Shown one piece after another: positions 9,475 to 19,394 of a DNA stretch of 34,831 nt; the stretch's first letter is position 1; each line of letters starts with the position of its first letter. The notes beneath the pieces were generated by a model, which was given only the letters and a program-made list of their open reading frames with translations, was not told the DNA's origin and ran no database searches. The position numbers and the translations under genes were made by a program. Source of the stretch: Methanomicrobiales archaeon (GTDB lineage Archaea; Halobacteriota; Methanomicrobia; Methanomicrobiales; Methanoculleaceae); the NCBI GenBank assembly GCA_012510335.1, contig JAAZIF010000345.1, positions 1 to 34,831 of the forward strand. The letters are read 5' to 3'.

Positions 9475-10317
9475 GTGGTAGTTAAAGTAGGAATTGCGAA
9501 ACTGGGAAATATCGCCAGTGGTGTAATGGCTGAACTTCTCCTCGATGAGCGCGCCGACCGTGAAGATATGATCACTTTCATGGCGACCTCCGGGACGAAA
9601 CTGCAGCCTGAGGATATTGACCGTGTGGTCAACAATATGAAGGCGTGGGCTCCGGACTTCTGCATCGTCGTATCTCCTAACGGCGTTCTCCCCGGACCCA
9701 CCCAGGCACGCGAGAACCTTGCAGCAGCCGGGATCCCCTGCGTTGTCATCACCGATGATATCACCACCAAGAAGGAGCAGTTTGCTGCCCTCAAGGAGAG
9801 CGAGTTTGGCTACATCATCATGAAGGCTGACGCCATGATCGGCGCCCGCCGTGAGTTCCTGGACCCCATCGAGATGGCGGACTATAACGGGAACCTCGTC
9901 AAGGTGCTCGCTCTCACCGGCGCGTACCGCAAGATGCAGGTGGAGCTCGACAAGGTGGTCGACCAGGTGAAGGCCGGCAAGAAGGGCAAAGACCTTGTGC
10001 TTCCGAAGGTCGTCATGACCGCTGACAGGGCTGTCAGTGGTGAGTTCAGCAACCCCTACGCGCTCGCAAAGGCCCGTGCCGCCTACGAGATCGCGCAGCA
10101 GGTCGCCGCGGTCAACGTTCAGGGCTGCTTCATGACGAGGGAGTGGGAGAAGTACATCCCGATCGTTGCGAGCGCCCACGAGATGATGCGCCAGGCCATG
10201 GTTCTCTGTGAGGAGGCCCGCAGCCTCGAGAAGGCCATGGATGGGGTCATCAGGATGCCGCACAAGAAGACCGGCGAGATCGTCTCAAAGAAGACGCTCA
10301 TCAGCAAGCCTGAGTGA
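9475..10317 (+). CDS. mtd: F420-dependent methylene-H4MPT dehydrogenase
   Basis: [51 protein letters not shown]; GTG start after RBS. Confidence 0.96.
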   Translation: MVVKVGIAKLGNIASGVMAELLLDERADREDMITFMATSGTKLQPEDIDRVVNNMKAWAPDFCIVVSPNGVLPGPTQARENLAAAGIPCVVITDDITTKKEQFAALKESEFGYIIMKADAMIGARREFLDPIEMADYNGNLVKVLALTGAYRKMQVELDKVVDQVKAGKKGKDLVLPKVVMTADRAVSGEFSNPYALAKARAAYEIAQQVAAVNVQGCFMTREWEKYIPIVASAHEMMRQAMVLCEEARSLEKAMDGVIRMPHKKTGEIVSKKTLISKPE

Positions 10318-10328
10318 GCCGATACCAC

Positions 10329-10340
10329 TTCTCTTTTTTT
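10329..10340 (+). terminator. Oligo-T terminator after mtd
   Basis: TTCTCTTTTTTT just after the stop codon. Confidence 0.6.
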
Positions 10341-10607
10341 GCGCCCCTTCAACCGATATCTGCCGCGGCAACGGGATCTGGATTTTGTAGCTGTCACCCG
10401 GGGAAGGCCGGGGGGCTGTACGCAGATCCCCAACCCCGGCCGGGCAGGTGGGCCGTGACGGATATCCCATATACAGGATAGAGCCGCCCTCCCATCACCC
10501 CGGCCGGGGTTTTTGATCGAGAGACCCGCGCATGGCGATGCCTGCCGTGGCGCACCGTTCCGTGTGGGTATTATAGGGTTGCCGCTCCAACCGGAGTATG
10601 AAGGGTC

Positions 10608-11546
10608 ATGTTCACCATCCGCGAGATCCGGACGGAGCGGGGGATCATCCAGTACCGGAGCGAGTCCCTCACCGGGATCAGGTGCCGGATCAGTCCTGTC
10701 CGGGCCAGACGAGGGATCAATACCCCCCCTGCCATGCTATACCCCCACGAAGGCTGCCCATTCTGTTCCGGGAGCATAGATACTGCCACACCGACATTTG
10801 AGGATGGCAGCCGCCTCAGGCGCGGGGAGAGCGTGACGTTCCCGAACCTCTACCCCTACGCCGAAGACCACGTGGTGACGGTGATCACACCCGATCACTC
10901 AGCTGACCTCTTCGGCCGTCAGAACCTTGCTGATGCCATATCAGGCGCGGCAGAGGCGCTTGCCGGGTCTTCTGGATACGCGAGCATCAACTGGAATCAC
11001 CTGCCTTCAGCGGGCGCAAGCATCGTCCACCCTCACCTGCAGGGTATGGCCGATACGGAACCCACCAGGCTTGCTGACCTTTATATATCCGGCGGCCGCC
11101 GCTACCTCGCTGAGAGAGATCGGATCTACTGGGATGACCTGATTGAGCACGAACGCTCCTCGGAGAGGTTCCTCTTTGAGGACGAGATCTTCTGGTCGGC
11201 AAGCCCGGTTCCCCTCGGCGAGCGGGAGGTGCGGGGTATCCTGCCGGTATCGACACTCCCTGATCTCGAACCCTACATCGAACCGCTGGTCGACGGGCTC
11301 CTTCGGGTGATCGCCTTCTACCGGCACCTCGGAACCCGTGCTTTCAACGCCGCGATCTATTTTGACGCTCCCGGAACGGCAGGAAAGGGTCACCGGGCCT
11401 TCTGCTCCCTTATCTCAAGGTTGAACCCGAACAACCTCTCGATGTGCGATTCGGCGTTCATGGAGCGGCTGCACCAGGAACCGATCGTCCTGACGCTCCC
11501 CGAAGACCTGGGCGCCCTCTTCCGGGGCGGGGCACGCGCACCATAG
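10608..11546 (+). CDS. GalT-like (HIT superfamily) nucleotidyltransferase
   Basis: CPFC zinc motif, FPNLYP, GASIVHPHLQ catalytic motif. Confidence 0.85.
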   Translation: MFTIREIRTERGIIQYRSESLTGIRCRISPVRARRGINTPPAMLYPHEGCPFCSGSIDTATPTFEDGSRLRRGESVTFPNLYPYAEDHVVTVITPDHSADLFGRQNLADAISGAAEALAGSSGYASINWNHLPSAGASIVHPHLQGMADTEPTRLADLYISGGRRYLAERDRIYWDDLIEHERSSERFLFEDEIFWSASPVPLGEREVRGILPVSTLPDLEPYIEPLVDGLLRVIAFYRHLGTRAFNAAIYFDAPGTAGKGHRAFCSLISRLNPNNLSMCDSAFMERLHQEPIVLTLPEDLGALFRGGARAP

Positions 11547-11566
11547 GGGCTCCGCTCCCCGGTATG

Positions 11567-11585
11567 AAAATTTTTTACAAAAAAG
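11567..11585. terminator. Probable bidirectional T-tract terminator between the convergent GalT-like and mer genes
   Basis: AAAATTTTTTACAAAAAA gives T-runs on both strands. Confidence 0.55.
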
Positions 11586-11605
11586 TGGTGGTTGGTTTTT
11601 CTGCC

Positions 11606-12598
11606 TTACACGATGTACTTGCCGAGCAGGCGGATGGAGTTGGTCATGTCGGGGCCGAGGGGCGAGCCGAAGATGATCTGGGTAACTCCAGCCTTCGTGA
11701 GATCATCACACTTCTGCTTGACAGAGTCAGGGGTTCCGGCAATGGTGAAGGCATCGATCTCCGCGTCGCCGACAAGACCGCCGACGGTCTTGAAGTCGAA
11801 GCGAGCGAGGGCCTCCTTGATCTTGGCGACGTTGTCCAGGTTAAGACCGTGGCGCGTGAGAACCGGGGGCGGAGAGCCTGCGGCGATGAACGCGGCCACA
11901 ATCTTTGCAGCGTTCCGGGCCTTCTTCTCATCCATGTCGATCGACATGGCGGTGTAGGCGCCGACGTCGAACTTCTTCTTGCCGACTGCATCCATCGCCT
12001 TCTTGATGAGCGGGATGGCGATCTCGAAGTCCTTGGGGTTCGATGCGTTGATCAGGGCACCCTCACCGACCTCGCCGGCGAGCTCGAGCATCTTGGGCCC
12101 CTGGGCACCGATGTAGACCGGGATACCCTTCTTGCCGGGCAGGGTGACGCCGGTAAGCTTGGCACCGTCGTAGTCAAAGAACTCCATGTTGCCGGTCTTC
12201 TTGACTTCCTCGCCAGCGAGGAGCTTCCTGATCTGGACGACACCCTCCTTCAGGCGGGAGACGGGTTTGGCGGGGTCGATAGCAAGTTTCGGAAGCGTCG
12301 AGAGGTCACCGGGTCCGATGCCGAGTACGGCGCGCCCGTCGGAGATCTCATTTAAGGTCGCCATGAAGGATGCGATGGCTGCCGGGGTGTCGGTGAACGT
12401 GTTCATGATGCCCGGTCCCATCTTGATCGTATCGGTGTTCGCCGCGATCATGGCGAGGGTCGGGTATGCATGACGGTTGTTGTAGTGATTGGTAATCCAG
12501 GCGTAGTCGATATCCTTCGACTCTGCGAGCTTGGTGTACGTCACCACCTGCTTGACGTTGACAGATCCAGGCACAAATTCAATTCCATATGTGGTCAA
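11606..12598 (-). CDS. mer: F420-dependent methylene-H4MPT reductase
   Basis: [40 protein letters not shown]; TTG start with GAGGTGA RBS. Confidence 0.96.
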   Translation of the reverse strand: MTTYGIEFVPGSVNVKQVVTYTKLAESKDIDYAWITNHYNNRHAYPTLAMIAANTDTIKMGPGIMNTFTDTPAAIASFMATLNEISDGRAVLGIGPGDLSTLPKLAIDPAKPVSRLKEGVVQIRKLLAGEEVKKTGNMEFFDYDGAKLTGVTLPGKKGIPVYIGAQGPKMLELAGEVGEGALINASNPKDFEIAIPLIKKAMDAVGKKKFDVGAYTAMSIDMDEKKARNAAKIVAAFIAAGSPPPVLTRHGLNLDNVAKIKEALARFDFKTVGGLVGDAEIDAFTIAGTPDSVKQKCDDLTKAGVTQIIFGSPLGPDMTNSIRLLGKYIV

Positions 12599-12932
12599 GG
12601 CTAATTCACCTCACTTGAGTAGTTATGTGCAGAGAGATATATATATTATCATTTTGTGTTCGTCAGGTGACATGTACCGCAGAACGGAGCGGTGTAATGT
12701 GTTATCCACGGCGCCCGATGAATCTCTTCGGTTATCCGCAAGAAGGCTTTTTTGTGCGAAGATCGAACCAGAAATTTAGATTCTCCCGAATCAACATGTC
12801 TCACGCCCGGATAGATTACAGAAATATATATCTTTGTCTGATCATATATTCTTAAGCAGTTTCGGGTGATAGGCATGCTCTTTTTTTGCGGCAAGGGGTC
12901 ACGCGAGGTATTATCAGGCAGGGAGTAGATTT

Positions 12933-14861
12933 ATGCGGGTACTGGCAATCGGGCTTGGTGGCGCCGGGTCGCGGATCGTGGATGTTCTCCACGACCATGA
13001 CCGGAGAAGCAAAGTCTGCTGCATGAGTGCGGTGGTGATCGATATCGATCCGAATTCCCTTACGCAGCTCCGCTACCTCCCGAAATCAGCAAAAATCTTC
13101 TTCCCTCCAGTCGAACCTGGCGGTATAACAGATATCATCGATATCGGGGAGGTGATGACCCGGATTCAGAGTCTGGATACAATGGAGATCGATGCCATCC
13201 TGCTCTGCTGCGGGCTCGGGGGAAGTGTCGTCGACATCGCACCGCTCATAATCGATGAGATCAGAAAGTCCTACATGGAGCCAATCTTCGCGCTCACCAT
13301 CCTGCCGTGCCTGGACGAGGGGAAGCGGGTCTCGGCCAGGGCCGCCGATGACCTCGATATGCTCCAGGAACTTGCGGATGCCGTCGTCCTCTTCGACAAC
13401 GAGACCTGGTCAGGGAAGATCAAGACCGCTGCCATGACGGAGGAGAAGAGAGTGCATAAAAACAGGCCCTCTCATGGGCTGAGCCCGAGAGACCACTACA
13501 ATATGCTCAACGAGCGGATCGCCCGCCAGGCCGGCCTTCTCCTCCGCGCCGGGGAGTTTAGCGAGCGCGGGATCGAGGTCGGCGAGGTTGTCCTGGATGC
13601 CGGTGAGGTTCTCAATACCCTGAAAGGAATGGGTTTCGTCGCAGTTGGCTATGCGGTCGAGCGCCTGCCGACCGGGTGGTTGGACCTCATTTACCGGCGG
13701 CGGTCGGCGAAGTATTTCATAGAGGGATCGCACGAGAGGGCTGCGCGGATCGTCTCGCTTGCCAAAAAAGCAGTATATGAAGAGATCTCAGTCCCTTGCG
13801 ACCTCACGAGCGCTGATAAGGCGCTTGTGTTGATCGCCGGGCCTTCGGCCGAACTCTCGATGAAGGGGTTTCAGACCGTCAGAAAGTGGATCGACCGGAG
13901 CATCGCGGGGCTTGAGATGAGGTCCGGCGACTACCCGGTAAAGAACACCTCGTTTGTCGGGATCATCATCATGCTCTCAGGACTCTCCAACATCCCCCGC
14001 GTCGAGGAGATCCGGAAGATCCGGACCGAATACCAGCTTGAACTAGAAGGGGAACGGCTCAGGGCCGAAGAGGGGGAGACTGGGGTATCGCCGGGTACCG
14101 AAGGCGAGGATATCCCGTACTCCGCCCCTCCACTTGAATCAGAGTTCCTGGAGGGAAGGGATATGGCAGAACCATCTACAACAGAAAAAGATGAGATGAT
14201 CGAGCTCTCAGGCATCGGTCGGGGCGGCCAGAAGAAAAGGGATGATACCATCGAGATCTTCCCGAAGTACGAGAATAAAGAGGACAACTGCGCTATCAAC
14301 CTCCCTCAGAAGCAGAGAGGAAGGGAGATCGACATAGCAGGGTCGACATCGGTCACCCATTCGGTGCCGGCACCGAAGAACTCGGTATTCAGCCCGAAGG
14401 GTATCAGCCTTGAGAAGACCGCCCCGAAGGATGATACAGTGCCCTACTCTGCATCTATACAACCGGTGCAGCGACCGAAAGACGATACAACGCTCTACTC
14501 ACCATCGATACAGGCGGTGCAGCGACCGAGGGATGGTACAGCACTACACTCCCCATACATGCAACCACTGCAGCGACCGAAGGACGGGGCGCCAGCCAGC
14601 GATCGGGTCTCGCTCGGCCCCGGTATGCGGCGGCCGATCGATAGTGTCCTTGATGAACCAGGCATCCGCATGAAAGAGGTGCTTCCTGAGCCAAAGGATG
14701 ACCTGCTCTGGCGTAGACCTGACCATGGGAGCCCCCGGCCAAAGGAGGTTGACCCCTCGCGCGGCAGGCTCCGGGTGATCGATCCTGCCGGGCGGCAGTC
14801 GGAGAAGAATAATAGAAGAAGGGACAACCAGGGCGACGGTGGGATCACCTGGATCATATAA
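12933..14861 (+). CDS. Divergent tubulin/FtsZ-superfamily protein (CetZ-like) with a long low-complexity C-terminal tail
   Basis: VLAIGLGGAGSRIVD, VVLFDNE, T7-like VLDAGEVLNTL, ALVLIAGP, RSGDYP; tubulin signature loop degenerate. Confidence 0.85.
   Translation: MRVLAIGLGGAGSRIVDVLHDHDRRSKVCCMSAVVIDIDPNSLTQLRYLPKSAKIFFPPVEPGGITDIIDIGEVMTRIQSLDTMEIDAILLCCGLGGSVVDIAPLIIDEIRKSYMEPIFALTILPCLDEGKRVSARAADDLDMLQELADAVVLFDNETWSGKIKTAAMTEEKRVHKNRPSHGLSPRDHYNMLNERIARQAGLLLRAGEFSERGIEVGEVVLDAGEVLNTLKGMGFVAVGYAVERLPTGWLDLIYRRRSAKYFIEGSHERAARIVSLAKKAVYEEISVPCDLTSADKALVLIAGPSAELSMKGFQTVRKWIDRSIAGLEMRSGDYPVKNTSFVGIIIMLSGLSNIPRVEEIRKIRTEYQLELEGERLRAEEGETGVSPGTEGEDIPYSAPPLESEFLEGRDMAEPSTTEKDEMIELSGIGRGGQKKRDDTIEIFPKYENKEDNCAINLPQKQRGREIDIAGSTSVTHSVPAPKNSVFSPKGISLEKTAPKDDTVPYSASIQPVQRPKDDTTLYSPSIQAVQRPRDGTALHSPYMQPLQRPKDGAPASDRVSLGPGMRRPIDSVLDEPGIRMKEVLPEPKDDLLWRRPDHGSPRPKEVDPSRGRLRVIDPAGRQSEKNNRRRDNQGDGGITWII
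14424..14590 (+). repeat. Intragenic 51-bp (17-aa) tandem repeat, 3 copies plus a partial one
   Basis: Units start at 14424, 14475, 14526 and 14577: PKDDTVPYSASIQPVQR / PKDDTTLYSPSIQAVQR / PRDGTALHSPYMQPLQR / PKDG. Confidence 0.85.
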
Positions 14862-14917
14862 GCACCCGCCATCTTCTCAATATGCCCGCCTCCTGTAGGG
14901 CGCCCTCCAGCGCGGCG

Positions 14918-15226
14918 CTACAGATCCGAATCGATGATCCGGCAGGTGTTCAGGAACCCGTGGCCTGCGGCTGACTGCCTCATCGAGGGTTCTTGGTGGT
15001 CCGGCACTAGATCTCTCTCCTGCACGAAGGAGAGACCGCAGTCGACGCGCTCTACGTGCCGCCGGCCGCGAGATCCGCAAGCCTGCTCGATCTCCAAATC
15101 CGCGCGGTCACGCAGGAGAGAGCCCCACCCGGTCATCTTCTCGCTAAACCACTTTTGCACCGGGGGTTCGTGCGACCCGGTGAAGATTCCCGGGCATTCC
15201 CGTTCTGAATGCATATTCAGGCTCAT
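14918..15226 (-). CDS. Hypothetical protein or gene remnant (102 aa)
   Basis: ATGA overlap with the dcd stop; no recognisable motif. Confidence 0.25.
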   Translation of the reverse strand: MSLNMHSERECPGIFTGSHEPPVQKWFSEKMTGWGSLLRDRADLEIEQACGSRGRRHVERVDCGLSFVQERDLVPDHQEPSMRQSAAGHGFLNTCRIIDSDL

Positions 15227-15648
15227 CGCGTCTCCACAGCGCCCTCGCTGTCCTGGTATCTGCCCTGGTAGAGCCGATTGCCGTTTCTGACTTCCTGTAT
15301 GATCATCTGCACAACCCGATCCCCTTCTACGAGTGTGACGGGGCCGGCACCCATGTTGGTCAGACACAGGGTCAGCTGACCACGGAATCCGGGATCCACA
15401 AACCCACCGCCGATGAAAACCCCCCGGCGGGCAAATGAGGAGCGGCACCGGAGAGTTGCCGCGAGATCAGCGGGGAGTTCTACCCACTCGATCGAGGGAA
15501 TGAGGCTGCATGCGCCACACGGAAGCGTGGCCGCCCCGGCCACCCGGAGGTCGTAGGAAGCGGGCTGCTGGGATGCACTGTGGTAAGGATCGATGATGAG
15601 GTCGCCGATCTCGCGCCGGCGGGTGATCTCGCTGGATGATAGGATCAT
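15223..15648 (-). CDS. dcd: dCTP deaminase (short form)
   Basis: MILSS, QQPASYDLR, RSSFARRG, VDPGFRGQLTL, YQGRYQ. Confidence 0.9.
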   Translation of the reverse strand: MILSSSEITRRREIGDLIIDPYHSASQQPASYDLRVAGAATLPCGACSLIPSIEWVELPADLAATLRCRSSFARRGVFIGGGFVDPGFRGQLTLCLTNMGAGPVTLVEGDRVVQMIIQEVRNGNRLYQGRYQDSEGAVETR

Positions 15649-15703
15649 TGTGTACTGTACCGGCACAAAAACGCTTAATATCTTGCGGTAAAAATGGGTA
15701 GGG

Positions 15704-15775
15704 GGACCCATGGGGTAGAGGAGATCCTTTTGGGCTTCGAACCCAAGGACGCGGGTTCAATTCCCGCTGGGTCCG
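15704..15775 (+). tRNA. tRNA-Arg(UCG)
   Basis: Acceptor GGACCCA/TGGGTCC, anticodon arm TTGGG-CTTCGAA-CCCAA, T-arm GCGGG-TTCAATT-CCCGC; no intron, CCA not encoded. Confidence 0.95.
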
Positions 15776-15804
15776 TCAGTTCTACAGGTGGACGATGCGC
15801 GCCC

Positions 15805-15820
15805 GGAAAAACATTATATA
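15805..15820 (+). promoter_or_regulatory. BRE/TATA promoter with no downstream protein gene
   Basis: GGAAAAACA-TTATATA. Confidence 0.65.
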
Positions 15821-15837
15821 TCGGGTGATCGGCCAGT

Positions 15838-16057
15838 GGCGGTGCCGTCTGCAGCCAGGGTATCGAACCGCACCGGGGCAGACTGCCATCGCCTGATTAC
15901 TCCTGGAACCCTGGTCAGGGCCCGGGTGTATGCACTAAACCGCTCAGGGCAGCGATGAGTAACTCAAACTGGCGTGTCAGTCCCGTCAGGGCATCATCTG
16001 TAGTTAATTGCCAAAAATGTGAGTTATTTTGTTATTCCTTGCTTTTTCCTGCGCTTT
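15838..16057 (+). ncRNA. Candidate stand-alone structured sRNA
   Basis: Promoter upstream, multiple stems, repeated TCAGGGC, T-rich 3' end. Confidence 0.55.
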
Positions 16058-16120
16058 TACCCTGAACTCTCCCGGTGCCAGCAATCCATCGGTTCAGGTA
16101 TTGGATTAAGAGGAGAACAC

Positions 16121-17518
16121 CTACAGGCGACCCCGGGTGCGCGGTGACCTGCTCCGCCCCGCCCCACTCCGGCGGCGGCGCACCACAAAGATGATACCGA
16201 GGAGGATCGCGACGACAACCCCGGCGCCGACCACCAGCATCCAGGCATTGAAGGTCTCTTTTATTGTGAGCGGAACAGTAAACTCGGTCGTATCTGGAGG
16301 AACCTCCACATCAGTCGATATCTGTTCGTAGCCCTCGCAGGCAGCGGAGATGGCGTATATCTTATTCGTGGTGAGCGCCGTCCGGAGGAGGCCCAGTCCG
16401 TCAGTCACCCCTACGGCCCTGCCGTCAACCTGGATGGCCGCGCCGGCAACAGCTTTCCGGTTGGTATCCTCCACGCGGATGGTTACGCTTGCACGGTCAT
16501 GCCTGAGCTCCGTGATGATATCTTCCCCTTTCCCGGAGACATGGCGAACCTCCATCCAGTCTTCGTACCCGGACGCCTTCACCATGATCTCATAGATGCC
16601 TGCATGGACATCGGAGAGCATGAACCGGCCATACTGATTGGTCTTGCCCTTAAGCGTCCCGTTGATGTAGACCTCCGCCTCTGCTATCGGCTTCATCGCC
16701 TCACTAAAAGCCGTCAACGAGACCGGGTATGCCGACTTGGAGAGATGCACGAGGTAAAAGACATTATCCGCCTCTACGTAGCGCTCCTCCTGATAGGGCT
16801 GGTAATCAGGCGCCGTGACCCTGAGGGAGTACCGCCTCTCCCGTTGCAGGTGGATCGGGAGGTTGCCATTGATATCGGTCGCACCTGCGCGCGCACCATC
16901 GATGAAGACCTCCGCACCCTCAATGGAACCGGAAGTCTCAGCATCCCGGATCTGGACAGCAAGGAGATCGCTTCTGAAGAGCCAGTATTGAACTACCTTG
17001 CCGCTGCTTCCCATCTGCACGGTCTTTGCGAGGTCGTAGTAGTTCGATGCGTGGATATCAACATTGTAAATCTCACCCGACCGCACCGAGAAGCCCGCAC
17101 TCCCATCGTTCCGGGTAGTCTCCTGGCGGGAGATCCCGTCACCCCCAATGCGCACCAGGGCGCCGATGACCGGGCGCATGGTCACCGCATCATAGACCTC
17201 GACTGTGAGGGTCTCATCTTTGCGGACCATATCGACCTGGATCCTGACTCTGTCAGCGTCGACGTAGTCGATCCAATCCCGATAGCCCTTCCACACCACC
17301 TTCAGGCGCAGATCTCTCGTCCCCGGGTGAACATAGGAGTAGGTGCCATCCGATGCAGTAGTGCCCACATACTCGCCGTCGATGTATATGGATGCGCCGG
17401 CAAGGGAGTCGCCGTTCTTCCTGTCAACCACGTTGATGTACAGGGTGGCTGCCTGCACAATCCCGCATATGAGGAGGCACGCTATGAGAAGGCCTATGAT
17501 GAGACGACGCTTTATCAT
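16121..17518 (-). CDS. Cell-surface protein with repeated PEGA/carboxypeptidase-regulatory-like beta domains
   Basis: N-terminal signal peptide, repeats of GAxVxIDG..GxT..G, C-terminal TM helix followed by an Arg-rich tail. Confidence 0.85.
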   Translation of the reverse strand: MIKRRLIIGLLIACLLICGIVQAATLYINVVDRKNGDSLAGASIYIDGEYVGTTASDGTYSYVHPGTRDLRLKVVWKGYRDWIDYVDADRVRIQVDMVRKDETLTVEVYDAVTMRPVIGALVRIGGDGISRQETTRNDGSAGFSVRSGEIYNVDIHASNYYDLAKTVQMGSSGKVVQYWLFRSDLLAVQIRDAETSGSIEGAEVFIDGARAGATDINGNLPIHLQRERRYSLRVTAPDYQPYQEERYVEADNVFYLVHLSKSAYPVSLTAFSEAMKPIAEAEVYINGTLKGKTNQYGRFMLSDVHAGIYEIMVKASGYEDWMEVRHVSGKGEDIITELRHDRASVTIRVEDTNRKAVAGAAIQVDGRAVGVTDGLGLLRTALTTNKIYAISAACEGYEQISTDVEVPPDTTEFTVPLTIKETFNAWMLVVGAGVVVAILLGIIFVVRRRRSGAGRSRSPRTRGRL

Positions 17519-17557
17519 GATAGTCTGTATATCACCTTGAAATTTGAGTGCATCGGT

Positions 17558-19081
17558 TTACATCCAGCGTTCAGCCGGGACACGCTCAAATACCATCCCT
17601 TCAACGAGAACCGGCATCAGCGTCCGACCTACCTCTATTGTACGTTCAAGCCGCCACTCCCGGTCGGCGTGGATGGTGAAGATGGGATCGCCCTTCTTTA
17701 CCCGGGTTCCCTTCTTCGCGTGGATATCAAGCCCCGCGCCGTGGTCATAGGGGGAACCCGCAAGCCTGGCGAGGGTTACGAGCGCCCGGTTGTTGAGTTC
17801 GATGACGTAGCCATCATGCGGCGCCCGGACAACGAAGTGGTACTCTCCGGGAACGATATCCCCGGCCTTCACCCACGGATCGCCGCCCTGGATCTCGATG
17901 ATCTGGCGCATCTTATCGAGCGCCTTCCCGCTCCGGAGGATATCGGCCGCCATATCGAATCCCTGCCCGTATGCAGCCTTTCCTGCCATTTCAAGCGCAA
18001 TCCCGGCTATAGAGAGGCTCTTCTGGATCAGGGAGTTCGGCTCTGTTGCGCCCTCAAGGACGGAGAGAGCCTCGCGCACCTCAAGGTTCGGGCCGATGGT
18101 GCGGCCGACGAGCGACTCCCCGTAGCTGAGTGCGCACTCAACCCGCATCCCGAGTCTCTCGCCGAGCTCGATGAACTCACGGGCGAGTTTCCGGCCTTCC
18201 TGGACATTCTCGATCTTGGTATTCTGGCCGACCGGTATATCGATGACCACGATGTCGGCGCCGACGGCGAACTTCTTGGCCATGACGCTTGCAAGCATCT
18301 GGCCCCGGGCGTCGATCCGGAACGGGTACTCGTAGGTGATGATCTTGTCATCGGCCGGGGCTATGTTCGTGGCCCCGCCCCAGACTATGACGCCGCCGAC
18401 CTTCTCGGTCATCTTCTGGACTTCAGACGCCGGGAACGAGACGGGCGCGAGAACCTCCATGAGATCCGCGGTTCCGCCGGCGCCGGTGATAGCGCGTGAG
18501 CTGGTCTTCGGGATCCGTAGCCCACTCGCGGCTATGATCGGAACTATAAGGAGGGTGATCTTGTTACCGGGTACGCCTCCGATCGAGTGCTTATCGACGA
18601 CCGGGTGCCGGGTGAACTGGAGGCGTTCTCCGGTCTCGACCGTGGATCTCGTAAGGTGCTCTACCTCGTCCATATCGAGGCCATTGATGTAAGATGCAAT
18701 GACGTAGGCGGTTATCTCGCCGGGAGAGAGGTTGTCATTGACTATGTCTTTGACGATCTCCATGGTCTCGTCCTTGGTAAACCTGCCGCCATCCATCTTC
18801 TTCTTGATGTGCGAGAGGGAGGGGGGCCGCTCGGCGCTCCGCACCTCGACGGGTGTTCCTTCGCTTGCGGCGAGCGTGGCGTTCAGCGGCCGGTAGATGC
18901 CGATGACACCGGGTTCGAGGAGTGAACTGGTGGTATCGACACGGGCCTGAACACTCCTTCCTGCGGCCTCATCGGCGATCTGGACACGGTCGCCATCGCG
19001 GACCCGTATGAATTGTGCGTCGGTGCTGTGAAGGAGAGCCCCCCGGTTCGCGATGTCGATCAGTTTCACTGTCAGTCTCAT
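17558..19081 (-). CDS. deoA: AMP phosphorylase (thymidine phosphorylase family)
   Basis: [34 protein letters not shown]-terminal extra domain, ~507 aa. Confidence 0.93.
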   Translation of the reverse strand: MRLTVKLIDIANRGALLHSTDAQFIRVRDGDRVQIADEAAGRSVQARVDTTSSLLEPGVIGIYRPLNATLAASEGTPVEVRSAERPPSLSHIKKKMDGGRFTKDETMEIVKDIVNDNLSPGEITAYVIASYINGLDMDEVEHLTRSTVETGERLQFTRHPVVDKHSIGGVPGNKITLLIVPIIAASGLRIPKTSSRAITGAGGTADLMEVLAPVSFPASEVQKMTEKVGGVIVWGGATNIAPADDKIITYEYPFRIDARGQMLASVMAKKFAVGADIVVIDIPVGQNTKIENVQEGRKLAREFIELGERLGMRVECALSYGESLVGRTIGPNLEVREALSVLEGATEPNSLIQKSLSIAGIALEMAGKAAYGQGFDMAADILRSGKALDKMRQIIEIQGGDPWVKAGDIVPGEYHFVVRAPHDGYVIELNNRALVTLARLAGSPYDHGAGLDIHAKKGTRVKKGDPIFTIHADREWRLERTIEVGRTLMPVLVEGMVFERVPAERWM

Positions 19082-19394
19082 GTTCGTAATCCCATCCTGA
19101 TTGAATTTGAGGGCTCGTACTACTTAAGTAAGGCTGTTCTTACAGAACCTGCGGAAGTATCAGGCCTGCGATTCCCCGAATGCCGGTGGGCCGGGTAGGC
19201 TCTATTGTACCAGACGCGCCGTCCTTATCCTGTCCGCAGGGCCATGATCACTATTTGAGAATGAGCATCCCCTGCCCTTCATCCCGGAGAGAGGAGACCG
19301 GGGAGCTCCCGGTGGTATGAACGTGAGGGGTTCCTCTGCAGGCGCCAGGCCTCCCGGAGAGAAGAGGCAGGCTGAAATGATCCAGAACCGCTCT

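Noticed and set aside
14424-14590. Tandem repeat considered as a CRISPR array
   Set aside because: In-frame degenerate coding repeats with no spacers and no cas genes
15955-16065. 36-aa ORF MSNSNWRV...CQKC...
   Set aside because: No RBS, far from the predicted TSS and running through the T-rich terminator; likely chance
16499-18499. 666-aa + strand ORF (and similar long antisense ORFs such as 3174-4343, 9364-10263, 11444-12355)
   Set aside because: These are shadow frames opposite well-supported genes, expected from high GC3 codon bias, and show no motifs
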